A DNA stretch of 40,992 nt from Bdellovibrionota bacterium (GTDB taxonomy: Bacteria > Bdellovibrionota_C > UBA2361 > JBGSMV01): positions 1-40,992 of the forward strand of contig JBIKWF010000033.1 in the NCBI GenBank assembly GCA_044356455.1, read 5' to 3'. Position numbers and translations under genes: made by a program. Shown here one piece after another: positions 1 to 9,901 of this stretch (position 1 is the first letter of the stretch; each line of letters opens with the position of its first letter). Below the pieces are notes generated by a model that was given only the letters and a program-made list of their open reading frames with translations, searched no databases and was not told where the DNA came from.

Positions 1-124
1 GGCGTCGTAAGAACTCCATCGGAGAGCCGGATGCGGGAAAGCCGCACGTCCGGTTCGATGAGCGGATGCAGGGAATCGGCGCGCGCCGCACGGCGCGGAC
101 GCTGCGCCCTGAATTCGACTCTAC
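1..124 (+). mobile_element. Group II intron 3' end (domains V and VI); the rest of the intron lies upstream of the window
   Basis: Positions 24-56 read GAGCCGGATGCGGGAAAGCCGCACGTCCGGTTC, the canonical domain V hairpin with AGC triad, GAAA loop and AC bulge. It is followed by GATGAGCGG and a domain VI-like stem ending GACTCTAC (AY 3' end at about 124). TAA at 8-10 may be the stop of the intron-encoded RT. Confidence 0.9.
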
Positions 125-228
125 CGGGATCCCTAACGGGTCCGTGAGACTGCGTTGGAAATCCGCCATCTCGTCTCCGCGCCCGAAGCGCTGCGCCGCA
201 GCCTTTGGCGAAGGCGCCGGGCGTTAGC

Positions 229-276
229 TAGCCTGATCATCTCACAGCCCTCGAGGGCTGTGAGATGATCAGGCTA
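229..276. repeat. Perfect 48-bp palindrome with no loop
   Basis: TAGCCTGATCATCTCACAGCCCTC|GAGGGCTGTGAGATGATCAGGCTA; the two 24-bp halves are exact reverse complements. Confidence 0.95.
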
Positions 277-319
277 AGATCGTTATTCGCGAAGATGGCC
301 TGCTGAACCTACAAGGAAC

Positions 320-2350
320 TCACCCTTGTGTCCTTCGCGGCGAATCCTCTCCAAGAGCTTGAGTAATCCACACAAGCTGCTGTGCCTGGCGCAGAGCTTC
401 TTCAGACTCATGCTGAGCACCTGCGTGCGTGCCGTGAGCGACCCATTGCAGAAGTGGTGCGGAATCTCTTGGCGCGGCAGCCTCCAAAATTCGTGAGAGC
501 CAGGACACCACGTAGCGTGAACTAATCGCGGCGTCGTTCTCCCCGAGGCTTATAAATAGGGGAGGAAGGTGGTTGTTCCAGGAAAGATATTCAGGCGAAT
601 TCTGCTTCCAAAATAATCTCACGGCTGGATCCTTGGGGTCTCCCCACTCAGCAGTTTCCCTCACGCTCGAGGGCCGGGACGTATCATCCAAAGTGCCAAG
701 TACCTCGAGAAAAGGTGCTTCAAGCAGTGCTCCCGCAAAAAGCTCTGGCGCCTGATGCATGGCGAGGGCTCCAATAAGCCCGCCCGCGCTGCGCGTGCTA
801 AGAACTACTTTTGCGGGCCGCAAAGCTTTCAAGGTGGCGATGAGGTCTTCCACACTTCTTAGACGTTTTGTTCCGCGTGCGGCGGCATGCCAGGCTGGGC
901 CCTTTTCTCCGCCGCCTCGCACATGAGCGGCTACAATTCCAATTCCTTGATCGAGGAGAAATCTCCACATCGGGGCTGACTCAAGGTCTAGGCTCTCTCC
1001 GTAAGCTCCATATGACTTCACCACCCAGCGCGATGGACAGAGGGCCTCTTCGTGCAGAGTGGTAGTGTTCCCAAGGGACATGGATCTGCAAGCGATAGCA
1101 TTTTTACCCAGGGAATCAGGCTTCCAAAACACGGTCAGGGGAATTTTGGTTCCGTCGGGGCTTGAGGTCTCGGTTGTGAAAAGTCGAATTCCGGCAATGG
1201 TAGTGAGTGGCGTCACATCTCCGTTCCTCAGCAGATCGACCCGCTGCGCTTTAAGGGTAGGGCCTGCCACCGACAATCGAATAGCTTGCGAGGTATAATT
1301 TTGAACGGGAAGCACGGACATTTTCTGAACTGCGGACGGCAAAGGAAGGGAGCGAATGCCTGCGGCCCTTTCAATTATTGCGGCAGCGGGGAGGGCATCC
1401 ATTCGACCTTCTAAGAATAAGAAGGAATCAAATCCCCGAGCTCGAAGCGCTTTGAATTCGCCAAGAGGAATGTCCTTCGCAAGGGTAAGAGGGGAAAGCG
1501 TGGCAACCGAAGCTACTTTTGAATCTTGCCCCGCAAGGGATTCAACTGCCCACCAAGAATTCTGGCTACGATGCAGTCGCACTGAGCGCTGGGAGCTGCG
1601 CGGAAGAACCACAGGTGGAGCGCCTAAGAGCTCGTTTGCAGAAGCGACGCGAAGTTCGCACCGCTCAGCGGAACAGGAGGAGATTACGAAATAATGACCA
1701 TCCTCTGAGAGAGAGAGGGAGTACGAAAATGCTTGGTCTGACTCTTCTAACAAGAGCCGAGGAGTGGAGAGCGCAGAAGCAGGCACCGCAGAAATTTTTG
1801 CCGCACGCCCGTTTTCGTAGTGGGTGTAAAGAACTGTAGCGCATGAAGAGTCCCAGGCGAGGCCTCCAATTTCAGGGGCCTCGGTGCAGTTTGTTTTTCC
1901 GAGTGAGGGCTCGCGGATACAAAGTACTGCTGTGCCGCCGACGCTCCCCGCCAAAGCGACTTTTTCCTCTGAAGGGCAGATGGCAAATTGCGAAAGAAGA
2001 AAATGGTATCCGCCTGCTCCAAAACTCGGGCTTGAAACTAACTCCGTAGGTGAGTTCGTGTGGTCCTCGCAGTTTATCTTCCGGATAAGAGAGGGCTGGG
2101 GGAAGCCTTGTTCCAAGAGCGTCTGATAGCAGAATCGCTTCAACGTAAACGTGCTTGCCGCTGGGTCCTCTGCTCGTGCTTGTTCCTCAAGCGCGCGTAG
2201 CGTAGCCCGTTCACCCAGGGCCTGTGCCTTAGACCAGCTATCAAAATCTTCTTGGAAGCCCTTAAGGCGCTGCTCAAAAGTCGGGGGCATTAGCGCAGAA
2301 GACACCGCCGTGGTCTTCGGCGCACTTGAGCATCCGCTGACGATACACAA
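320..2350 (-). CDS. Prolyl oligopeptidase / oligopeptidase B-like S9A serine peptidase, possibly a lipoprotein; start uncertain
   Basis: Motifs SPDGTKIPL, YGAYG, HVRGGGEKGPAWH, nucleophile elbow RSAGG, PFLEV, EWGDP, Asp (END) and His (GTH). The ORF-track start at 2533 runs through tRNA-Leu; later in-frame starts are TTG 2350 and ATG 2290. Confidence 0.85.
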   Translation of the reverse strand: MCIVSGCSSAPKTTAVSSALMPPTFEQRLKGFQEDFDSWSKAQALGERATLRALEEQARAEDPAASTFTLKRFCYQTLLEQGFPQPSLIRKINCEDHTNSPTELVSSPSFGAGGYHFLLSQFAICPSEEKVALAGSVGGTAVLCIREPSLGKTNCTEAPEIGGLAWDSSCATVLYTHYENGRAAKISAVPASALSTPRLLLEESDQAFSYSLSLSEDGHYFVISSCSAERCELRVASANELLGAPPVVLPRSSQRSVRLHRSQNSWWAVESLAGQDSKVASVATLSPLTLAKDIPLGEFKALRARGFDSFLFLEGRMDALPAAAIIERAAGIRSLPLPSAVQKMSVLPVQNYTSQAIRLSVAGPTLKAQRVDLLRNGDVTPLTTIAGIRLFTTETSSPDGTKIPLTVFWKPDSLGKNAIACRSMSLGNTTTLHEEALCPSRWVVKSYGAYGESLDLESAPMWRFLLDQGIGIVAAHVRGGGEKGPAWHAAARGTKRLRSVEDLIATLKALRPAKVVLSTRSAGGLIGALAMHQAPELFAGALLEAPFLEVLGTLDDTSRPSSVRETAEWGDPKDPAVRLFWKQNSPEYLSWNNHLPPLFISLGENDAAISSRYVVSWLSRILEAAAPRDSAPLLQWVAHGTHAGAQHESEEALRQAQQLVWITQALGEDSPRRTQG

Positions 2351-2436
2351 AAGCGCGCATGCCTGAAAAAGAGTAGGAAAAAATCTGGAAGAAGCTGAGG
2401 GAAAAGGCGAAAAAACTGAGGAAAGAAGAGTAAATA

Positions 2437-2517
2437 TGCGGAAGGGGGGACTTGAACCCCCACGCCTTTCGGCACCAGATCCTAAGTCTGGCGTGTCTGC
2501 CATTTCACCACCCCCGC
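2437..2517 (-). tRNA. tRNA-Leu (anticodon TAG), CCA not encoded
   Basis: Reverse complement GCGGGGGTGGTGAAATGGCAGACACGCCAGACTTAGGATCTGGTGCCGAAAGGCGTGGGGGTTCAAGTCCCCCCTTCCGCA folds as a cloverleaf with a long variable arm; anticodon arm CCAGA-CTTAGGA-TCTGG. Confidence 0.97.
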
Positions 2518-2617
2518 ATAAGAGGCCCCGCAAATTGTATCTGCAAGGAGCAGGAACGGTATTCCCCTTAAGGTAACCTACTAAGATTACTGTTGAAGGA
2601 AGTTTCCCTGCGCTTCC

Positions 2618-2646
2618 TTGACATTAATGATTGGCATCCGAATAAT
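2618..2646 (+). promoter_or_regulatory. Candidate sigma70 promoter for tig
   Basis: TTGACA, a 17-bp spacer, then AATAAT, about 280 nt upstream of the tig start. Confidence 0.45.
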
Positions 2647-2922
2647 CAAGCCGTTTCGGGTAGTTCCTTCGCTTTGCATGCAGCTTTTCGATGTAGCTTT
2701 TTTATGCAGCGTTTGCATGGGAAGTCGCGGATTCAGATGCGCGATGAGCTGAAGAAAGTTCTGCTAACCCAAGCATATAGAATGATTCCTCAGGAAACGC
2801 AGAAACCCAGGGGAAGGGGAAAAGGAAGGTCGTGGTGTATCCAGTGCCGCAGCATGCTTGGGCGGTAAAGTTTTTGGGCTGAGAGTTCACCCGCGCTAAG
2901 AGCTAAATTTCAGGAGAATGTC

Positions 2923-4230
2923 ATGGACGTTACGTCAACAATTGAAGATGTAGATTCAGTAACTAAAGTTATTAAGATTTCAATTCCGCCCGGCTCTGTG
3001 GACAAGGAGTTCGTATCCTCCCTTGACCGTGTTGCGAAGCAGGTAGTGATTAAGGGCTTTAGAGCAGGCAAGGCTCCAAAAGACATGGTCGAAAAATTAC
3101 ATGGCGACTATGTAAAGGGGCAGGTAGCTGAGAAGCTTATTACGTCCTCCTTGCAAGATATCGTACGCAAAAACTCCATCGACATGATTGGCTCGCCCGA
3201 GATTGAGGGCGGCAATGTGGAAAAAGGAAAGGCTCTCGAGTTTAGTGCGAAGGTTTCGATCTTCCCTAAGCCGGAGGTGAAGAACTATGCCTCCTTTGAT
3301 CTCAAGGTTGGAAAGCGTACTCTAACTGACGCCGATCTCGAGCAAGTAATTGAGCGTATGCGCCAGTCGAAAGCCACTATCCGTAAAGTTGCCTTTCGTG
3401 AAGTCGCGCAGGCGGGGGATGTCGTTGACATCAGCCTTGTAACCGCTCTTGAAGGCGAGCCAAATGGGCGCGCTGAGCCAGTTACTATCGGCCTAGGAGA
3501 GGGTCAGCTACCTAAGGAACTTGAGGACGGTATCGTCGGAATGAAAATAGGGGAGACCAAAGACGTCGCCTCTAAAATTCCAGATACCCACCGCGACGAG
3601 GGGCTCCGAGGTAAAGATGCCAAGCATCGTGTAACTCTTAACGCGCTTTCTGAGAAGGTGCTCCCAGAAGTTAACGATGACTTCGCAAAGAGCCTGGACC
3701 TTCAGGTAGCGTCCGTGCTTGAGCTTAGGATGAAGGTTCGAGAGTCTCTCCAGGAAGAGAGCGAGCGTCAGGGTAAGATAGACGCAGAGGCTGCGCTTCT
3801 TGAGAAGCTCGTGGAGGCAAATCCTTTTGAGGTACCTCAAGTTCTGATGGATGAAGAAATTAGAGCTCTTGTTGCTCGCTCAGGGCTTATGGACCCCTCC
3901 AAGGCCAATGACCGCAATTTCCCGATTCAGCTCTTCCGTGAGGGCCTTAAGGATGTGGCCGCCAAACGTGTAAAGACGGCGATTCTCGTTGACCGGATTG
4001 GTGAGGCTGAAAAGGTTCAGGCGAATGAGGAAGAAATCAAGGCTCGCATTGCTGAGATTGCAGAAGAGAACCATGTAAGCCCAGAGGAAGTTCGGAAGTA
4101 CCTTGCCCAAGAAGGACGCATGATGGGTCTCATGGTCGAGATCGGCCGTTCAAAAGTAATGAAGTTCCTTCTTGAGCGCGCCAAGATCGAGTATTTTGAG
4201 AAACCAGCAGAGGAAGCCAAGGCCGCTTAA
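2923..4230 (+). CDS. tig: Trigger factor
   Basis: Ribosome-binding motif IKGFRAGKAP, FKBP-like middle domain, 435 aa, RBS AGGAG, and the classic tig-clpP-clpX-lon order. Confidence 0.97.
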   Translation: MDVTSTIEDVDSVTKVIKISIPPGSVDKEFVSSLDRVAKQVVIKGFRAGKAPKDMVEKLHGDYVKGQVAEKLITSSLQDIVRKNSIDMIGSPEIEGGNVEKGKALEFSAKVSIFPKPEVKNYASFDLKVGKRTLTDADLEQVIERMRQSKATIRKVAFREVAQAGDVVDISLVTALEGEPNGRAEPVTIGLGEGQLPKELEDGIVGMKIGETKDVASKIPDTHRDEGLRGKDAKHRVTLNALSEKVLPEVNDDFAKSLDLQVASVLELRMKVRESLQEESERQGKIDAEAALLEKLVEANPFEVPQVLMDEEIRALVARSGLMDPSKANDRNFPIQLFREGLKDVAAKRVKTAILVDRIGEAEKVQANEEEIKARIAEIAEENHVSPEEVRKYLAQEGRMMGLMVEIGRSKVMKFLLERAKIEYFEKPAEEAKAA

Positions 4231-4253
4231 ACATGGCCGAAGGGACTTAAACG

Positions 4254-4291
4254 AAAAGGTGGGGCATTTAAGTGATGCCCCCTTTTTTTTT
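4254..4291 (+). terminator. Rho-independent terminator after tig
   Basis: GGGGCAT-loop-ATGCCCC stem followed by a run of nine T. Confidence 0.8.
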
Positions 4292-4485
4292 GCGCCTGCA
4301 GGCAGTTAGTTCCCTCTGTCCTGCCGGGCAAGTTGCCCATATCAAGCCTACTCTCCTTGGGTCCAATTGCTTGGTGAGTAAGATGGGCGGTTGTGAAGAC
4401 AGGGCAAACACCGGTACTGTTAGGCACCGGTATTCTTGGGCGCTAAGCGCCTGAGGCTGTAAAGAGCAAAGGAGCACTAAATTCC

Positions 4486-5133
4486 GTGACTCAAGACTCG
4501 AACATTCTGGACACCAAAATCATGAATTATATTCCCTACGTTATCGAGCAAACGGGCCGTGGTGAGCGGTCGTATGATATTTTCTCCCGCCTGCTAAAAG
4601 AGCGTATTATCTTCCTTGGTTCAGAAGTTAACGATGTTGTTGCAAACGTCATTATTGCGCAGCTTTTGTTCCTAGAAAGTGACGATCCTGAGAAGGATAT
4701 CTATCTCTATATTAACAGCCCCGGTGGAGTAGTTTCTGCGGGGCTCGCTATCTATGACACCATGAATTACATCCGTCCGGATGTAGCTACGGTGTGCATA
4801 GGGCAGGCTGCAAGTATGGGAGCGGTGCTGCTTGCTGGCGGGGCTAAAGGTAAGCGCTCAGCGCTGCCCCACGCCCGGATTATGATTCATCAGCCCTTAG
4901 GAGGCTTCCAGGGGCAAGCTTCAGACGTGGAGATTCACGCCCGTGAGATGCTCAGGGTGAAGCAGGAAATTAACCGAATTCTCTCAAAAGCGACCTCCAA
5001 GGACGTCAAGCAGCTCGAGAAGGATAGTGATAGAGACTTCTTCATGACTGCCCTTGAAGCCAAGGAATATGGCGTAATTGATGATGTTTTTGAGAAAAGG
5101 GTGGCTGAAAAGACTGCCTCAGATAAGAAGTAG
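4486..5133 (+). CDS. clpP: ATP-dependent Clp protease proteolytic subunit
   Basis: [31 protein letters not shown] (catalytic Ser), IMIHQP and DRDFFM. GTG start with upstream AAGGAG; alternative ATG at 4522. Confidence 0.99.
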   Translation: MTQDSNILDTKIMNYIPYVIEQTGRGERSYDIFSRLLKERIIFLGSEVNDVVANVIIAQLLFLESDDPEKDIYLYINSPGGVVSAGLAIYDTMNYIRPDVATVCIGQAASMGAVLLAGGAKGKRSALPHARIMIHQPLGGFQGQASDVEIHAREMLRVKQEINRILSKATSKDVKQLEKDSDRDFFMTALEAKEYGVIDDVFEKRVAEKTASDKK

Positions 5134-5369
5134 TTTTGTAAGTTTGCGTAGTCAGCTAAAATAGGCGGAAGCTCAAGGGGCGGTGTATTGGCCCGCAGGG
5201 TCTTTTCATGAGCTTTTGGTAGGGGGCCTGGAGTTCCCTACGAGTAAGCTAGGATTTGTTCTTTGAGCTTGAGCCTCTTTTGGCTGTGTTTGGAAAGTGG
5301 TGGTAGTAGCGGTTACTAGCGCCAGTCTCAACTGAGAAGTTGGGCTAATGGAGAACGTGGGGAGGACCG

Positions 5370-6635
5370 GTGAGTAAAAGCGGAGACAAGGGAAAACATG
5401 CCTTAGTCTGTTCCTTCTGCAGTCGCAGTCAGGAAGAGGTCCGAAAACTCATTGCCGGACCCTCTGTCTATATATGCGACGAGTGCATCGACCTTTGTAA
5501 TGATATCATTGCAGAGGAAGTAGAGCAGGACGAGGTTCAGAGTGCCCAGACCCGCATCCCGCGTCCTAAGGAAATTAAGTCCTTCCTTGATCAGTTTGTA
5601 ATCGGACAGGATTACGCGAAGAAAGTACTTTCAGTTGCGGTCCACAACCATTACAAGCGGCTCGAAAGCAAGTCGAGCTCGGATGCTACTGAGATAGGGA
5701 AATCTAACATTCTTCTGATTGGGCCAACGGGAACAGGCAAGACCCTGCTTGCGCAAACTCTCGCGCGAATTATCAAGGTGCCTTTCACCATTGCAGACGC
5801 AACTACGCTTACCGAGGCGGGATATGTGGGTGAGGACGTCGAGAATATTATTCTTAACCTCCTCCAAGCTTCAGATTACGACGTTGAGAAATGTCAGCGC
5901 GGTATTGTCTACATCGATGAAATCGACAAGGTCGCACGAAAGTCAGAAAACCCCTCGATAACGAGAGATGTTTCTGGTGAGGGTGTGCAGCAAGCGCTCC
6001 TTAAGATGCTCGAAGGCACGGTCGCGAGTGTTCCCCCCAAGGGTGGGCGTAAGCACCCGCAGCAAGAGTTTGTGCAGGTGGATACCACCAATATCTTGTT
6101 CATTTGCGGCGGAGCCTTCGTGGGACTCGAGGAAGTGATTCGTCGACGCGTGGGAGAGAAGAAGATTGGATTTGGGAGAGAAAAGGAAGCCCAAAAGATA
6201 GTCTCTCCTGAGGCTGAGAAGGCGAGCTTGCTTGCTAAGGTCGAAACCGAAGATCTTCTTAAGTTCGGAATGATCCCAGAGTTTATTGGTCGCTTGCCCA
6301 AGATTGCGACGCTTGAGGACCTTGACGAAGCGGCTTTGAAGCGCATTCTCATGGAGCCAAAGAACGCGCTCATTAAACAGTACAAGAAGCTCTTCGAGAT
6401 GGAAGGGGTTCAGCTTAGGTTTACGGATGAAGCCGTGGATGGCGTTGCAAAGCTTGCCTTGCAGCGCAAATCTGGCGCGCGTGGTTTGCGCGCTATCCTT
6501 GAGAGCGCCATGCTCGATATTATGTATGACGTGCCTTCCGACCCTGGGATAAAAGAGGTCGTGGTATCAGAAGACACCATTCTCAAGGGGCAAAGGCCCG
6601 TGGTGGTGTACGAAAACAAGGCTGAATCAGCGTAA
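5370..6635 (+). CDS. clpX: ATP-dependent Clp protease ATP-binding subunit ClpX
   Basis: C4 zinc finger (CSFC...ICDEC), Walker [19 protein letters not shown] loop, IGF loop and GARGLR. Confidence 0.99.
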   Translation: MSKSGDKGKHALVCSFCSRSQEEVRKLIAGPSVYICDECIDLCNDIIAEEVEQDEVQSAQTRIPRPKEIKSFLDQFVIGQDYAKKVLSVAVHNHYKRLESKSSSDATEIGKSNILLIGPTGTGKTLLAQTLARIIKVPFTIADATTLTEAGYVGEDVENIILNLLQASDYDVEKCQRGIVYIDEIDKVARKSENPSITRDVSGEGVQQALLKMLEGTVASVPPKGGRKHPQQEFVQVDTTNILFICGGAFVGLEEVIRRRVGEKKIGFGREKEAQKIVSPEAEKASLLAKVETEDLLKFGMIPEFIGRLPKIATLEDLDEAALKRILMEPKNALIKQYKKLFEMEGVQLRFTDEAVDGVAKLALQRKSGARGLRAILESAMLDIMYDVPSDPGIKEVVVSEDTILKGQRPVVVYENKAESA

Positions 6636-7192
6636 CTTGTCTTTGCCTCGCTGCTCTATTTCTTTCTTTTGAGGGCGCCTGGTAGTGCCGAAGGTCTGAC
6701 ACGTTTATTCGCTGCCCATGAGATTTTAAGAACCCTTAGGGTGCGTTTTGGCATCAGGCTTGCGGTTCATTCGAAGTTCCCTCAGCAGGCGCTTTTTGAG
6801 GCTGGGGATAACTTATTCAACTCGCTGAAAAGAATTGAAACTTGGCATTTGCGTGCTTATTCTACTTTAGGTTCGCGTCGGCACTTACGTGAGCGGTTTT
6901 GACTAAGATCCCCGTTTTGACAACGCAGGAAAGCGAACTGTGTTGTGCTTGCTTCCTCAAAGTACTCAAAAATAAGCTCAGGACGTAGCAAAACGGGTGT
7001 CCAAAGTGTCAAAAAGAGTTAATCATTTGTTCTTGTTATTGTGATCTTTTGGAGCGTTCTTTAGCATCAAAAGAGAGAGTTTTTAGCTCTGGCTCGTGTC
7101 TTATTGACCGCTAAGCTCGCTCCTTTGGGGGGAGGGCAGGCAGTAGTGAGATGGGGCACCAGAGTGTGGTTAGACCCTCACAGCGAAAAACT

Positions 7193-9652
7193 ATGAAAGC
7201 ATCATTTACCAATCCAGTTCCTCTCCTAGCACTCCGCGAGCTTGTGGTGTTCCCTCAGCAAGTGGTGCCTCTTTTTGTCGGACGTGAAAAAAGCGTTCGG
7301 GCGATTGAGGAATCTCAAAAAGAGGGCAACTACATCATGCTTGTGGCACAAAAAGATGCCCGCACAAGCAACCCTACGGAGAAAGACATCTATGCCGTAG
7401 GGACTTTGGGCGAGGTGGTGCAGCTTATTCGCCTTGCCGATGGACCCATCAAGGTCCTTGTCGAAGGGAAGTCCCGTGCGCGCGTCAAGAAGTATGTGCG
7501 TGACGACGATTTCATCCTCGTTGACGTAGAAGAAATCACGCAGCCAGTGGAAGTTTCCACGGAGCTTAAAGCTCTGATGCGATCGGTCAATATGACCTTC
7601 GAGAACTACGTCAAGCTCGGGAAGAAAGTGAATCCCGAAATGATCATGCAAGTTAATGCGATTGAAGATCCGTCGCGACTTGCTGATGCTATTGTTGTTC
7701 AGCTCAATCTTAAGCTTGAAGACAAGCAGGATATCCTTGAGACCATTCCGCCCCAGGAGCGTCTCGACAAGATTCTCGGACACATGAAGTCTGAGATTGA
7801 GATCTTGCAGGTAGAGAAGCGCATTCGCAATCGCGTGAAGAAGCAAATGGAGAAGACTCAAAAAGAGTACTATCTCAACGAGCAAATGCGCGCGATCCAG
7901 AAAGAGCTTGGCGAGAAGGACGACTTCCGCAACGAGATTCAGGAGCTCGATGAGAAGCTGCGGGCTAAGGATATGCCCGATGAAGCTCGTGAGAAGACCG
8001 ACAAGGAAATTAAGAAACTTAAGATGATGTCGCCGATGTCAGCGGAAGCAACGGTAGTACGTAACTACGTTGACTGGATGTTGGCTCTGCCTTGGAACGA
8101 ATGCTCTAAGGATGAAATCGACATTGATAAGGCAAGAAGAATCCTCGACGAAGATCACTACGGTCTCGAGAAGGTTAAAGAGCGTATTCTTGAGTATCTC
8201 GCGGTGCAAAAGCTGGTAGGGAAACTCAAGGGGCCGATTCTCTGTCTTGTCGGACCTCCAGGCGTGGGTAAAACCTCGCTCGGAAAGTCGATTGCGAAGT
8301 CCACCGAGCGTAAATTCGTGCGTGTGGCTCTTGGCGGCGTGAGAGACGAGGCTGAGATCCGTGGTCACAGGCGTACCTACATTGGAGCGCTGCCTGGTAA
8401 AATTATTCAGTCGCTCAAGAAGGCAGGCACGAGTAATCCTGTGTTCCTGCTTGATGAAGTTGACAAGATGTCCATGGATTTCCGTGGAGATCCTTCGGCG
8501 GCCTTGCTTGAGGTGCTTGACCCAGAGCAGAACGACACCTTCAATGACCATTACCTCGATTCAGATTACGATCTCTCCAAGGTAATGTTCATTACGACGG
8601 CGAACTCGCTACACACGATCCCGCAGCCCTTGCTCGATCGTATGGAGATTCTGCGCCTGTCGGGCTACACGGAACTTGAGAAGCTCGCGATTGCGAAGCG
8701 CTACCTCTACGAAAAACAGGTTAAAGAGAATGGTCTTGAGCCTAAGAACGTAGAGATTGAGGATAGTGCGTATATTGAGGTAATTCGGCGCTATACCCGT
8801 GAGTCTGGCGTTCGTAACCTTGAGCGCAACATTGCGACGCTCTGTAGAAAGGCAGCGGTTGATGTCGTAGAGCATGGCAAAGAGCATGTCTCTAAGATTG
8901 ATGGCACTTCGGTTGCTAAATATCTTGGACAGCCCAAATTCCGCTACGGCATGGGAGAGACTGAGCATCAAATTGGTCTCACCACGGGCCTTGCCTGGAC
9001 TGATAAGGGTGGTGAATTGCTGGTAATTGAAACGACGGTGCTTCCTGGAAAGGGACGTCTTCAGATTACCGGTAAGCTTGGCGACGTGATGCAAGAGTCG
9101 GCGCGAGCTGCTCTTAGCTACGTGCGTTCTCGCGCTAGTGTCCTTGGGCTTCCGCGGCATTTCTATGATCAAGTAGATTTGCACGTGCATGTGCCAGAAG
9201 GCGCAATTCCAAAGGATGGTCCGTCGGCTGGTATTACCATGGCGACTTCCATGATTTCTGCGCTGACCGGTATTCCGGTCGACAGAATGGTGGCCATGAC
9301 CGGTGAGATTACCCTGAGAGGTAATGTACTCCCGATCGGTGGTCTCAAAGAGAAGGCACTTGCCGCCCATCGCGGAGGACTTAAGCGCGTCATCTTGCCG
9401 AAGGAGAACGAGAACGACATCGAGGAGATTCCTGCAATTGTGCGCAAGGACCTCGAGTTTATTCCCGTGTCGCATGTGGACGAGGTGCTCTTTGAAGCGC
9501 TGCTTTGCGGCGGAGCAAAGAGCTTTGAGTCGATGCTTGACCACAAGCAGGTACGCGATGAGACCCTTTTCGCATCCGAGAAGAAGTCCGACGAGGAAGG
9601 TTCTTCAGGAAGCAAGGAGAAGGGCGATTCTCAGGGCGTAGTGACTCACTAG
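7193..9652 (+). CDS. lon: ATP-dependent protease La (Lon)
   Basis: Lon N domain, [27 protein letters not shown] (catalytic Ser) and GGLKEK. Start is either ATG 7193 or 7151. Confidence 0.99.
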   Translation: MKASFTNPVPLLALRELVVFPQQVVPLFVGREKSVRAIEESQKEGNYIMLVAQKDARTSNPTEKDIYAVGTLGEVVQLIRLADGPIKVLVEGKSRARVKKYVRDDDFILVDVEEITQPVEVSTELKALMRSVNMTFENYVKLGKKVNPEMIMQVNAIEDPSRLADAIVVQLNLKLEDKQDILETIPPQERLDKILGHMKSEIEILQVEKRIRNRVKKQMEKTQKEYYLNEQMRAIQKELGEKDDFRNEIQELDEKLRAKDMPDEAREKTDKEIKKLKMMSPMSAEATVVRNYVDWMLALPWNECSKDEIDIDKARRILDEDHYGLEKVKERILEYLAVQKLVGKLKGPILCLVGPPGVGKTSLGKSIAKSTERKFVRVALGGVRDEAEIRGHRRTYIGALPGKIIQSLKKAGTSNPVFLLDEVDKMSMDFRGDPSAALLEVLDPEQNDTFNDHYLDSDYDLSKVMFITTANSLHTIPQPLLDRMEILRLSGYTELEKLAIAKRYLYEKQVKENGLEPKNVEIEDSAYIEVIRRYTRESGVRNLERNIATLCRKAAVDVVEHGKEHVSKIDGTSVAKYLGQPKFRYGMGETEHQIGLTTGLAWTDKGGELLVIETTVLPGKGRLQITGKLGDVMQESARAALSYVRSRASVLGLPRHFYDQVDLHVHVPEGAIPKDGPSAGITMATSMISALTGIPVDRMVAMTGEITLRGNVLPIGGLKEKALAAHRGGLKRVILPKENENDIEEIPAIVRKDLEFIPVSHVDEVLFEALLCGGAKSFESMLDHKQVRDETLFASEKKSDEEGSSGSKEKGDSQGVVTH

Positions 9653-9709
9653 AGTAGTCCTAAGAGGGGGCCAAAGGGCCTTCCCTCGGCTGGGAATGCA
9701 TAAAATACG

Positions 9710-9748
9710 ACGGGGGCCTGAAGATATTTCTCTTCAGGCCCCCGTTTT
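9710..9748 (+). terminator. Rho-independent terminator after lon
   Basis: 15-bp stem ACGGGGGCCTGAAGA / TCTTCAGGCCCCCGT followed by T residues. Confidence 0.8.
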
Positions 9749-9773
9749 CATTCATAAAACGTTAGTCGGCGTC

Positions 9774-9801
9774 TTGAAAAAATAGCTATATTCGCTAGAG
9801 T
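9774..9801 (+). promoter_or_regulatory. Candidate sigma70 promoter for tRNA-Val
   Basis: TTGAAA, a 16-bp spacer, then TAGAGT and a GC-rich discriminator just before the tRNA. Confidence 0.45.
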
Positions 9802-9818
9802 CTGCCCACCCAATTTGA

Positions 9819-9891
9819 GGGCGCTTAGCTCAGTTGGTAGAGCGTCAGCCTTACAAGCTGAAAGTCACAGGTTCGAGCCCTGTAGCGCCCA
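9819..9891 (+). tRNA. tRNA-Val (anticodon TAC), CCA not encoded
   Basis: GGGCGCTTAGCTCAGTTGGTAGAGCGTCAGCCTTACAAGCTGAAAGTCACAGGTTCGAGCCCTGTAGCGCCCA; anticodon arm TCAGC-CTTACAA-GCTGA. Confidence 0.98.
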
Positions 9892-9901
9892 TACTGTGTT
9901 T

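Noticed and set aside
6636..7150. Possible oriC or small gene in the long clpX-lon gap (TGGGGATAA 6803-6811 next to TTATTCAAC)
   Set aside because: Only one or two imperfect DnaA-box-like words and no dnaA context; the 77-aa ORF has no RBS or motif. It is probably just the lon promoter region.
7226..9615. Long antisense ORFs within lon (219 aa, 311 aa and others)
   Set aside because: Shadow frames caused by codon bias of a conserved, highly expressed gene.
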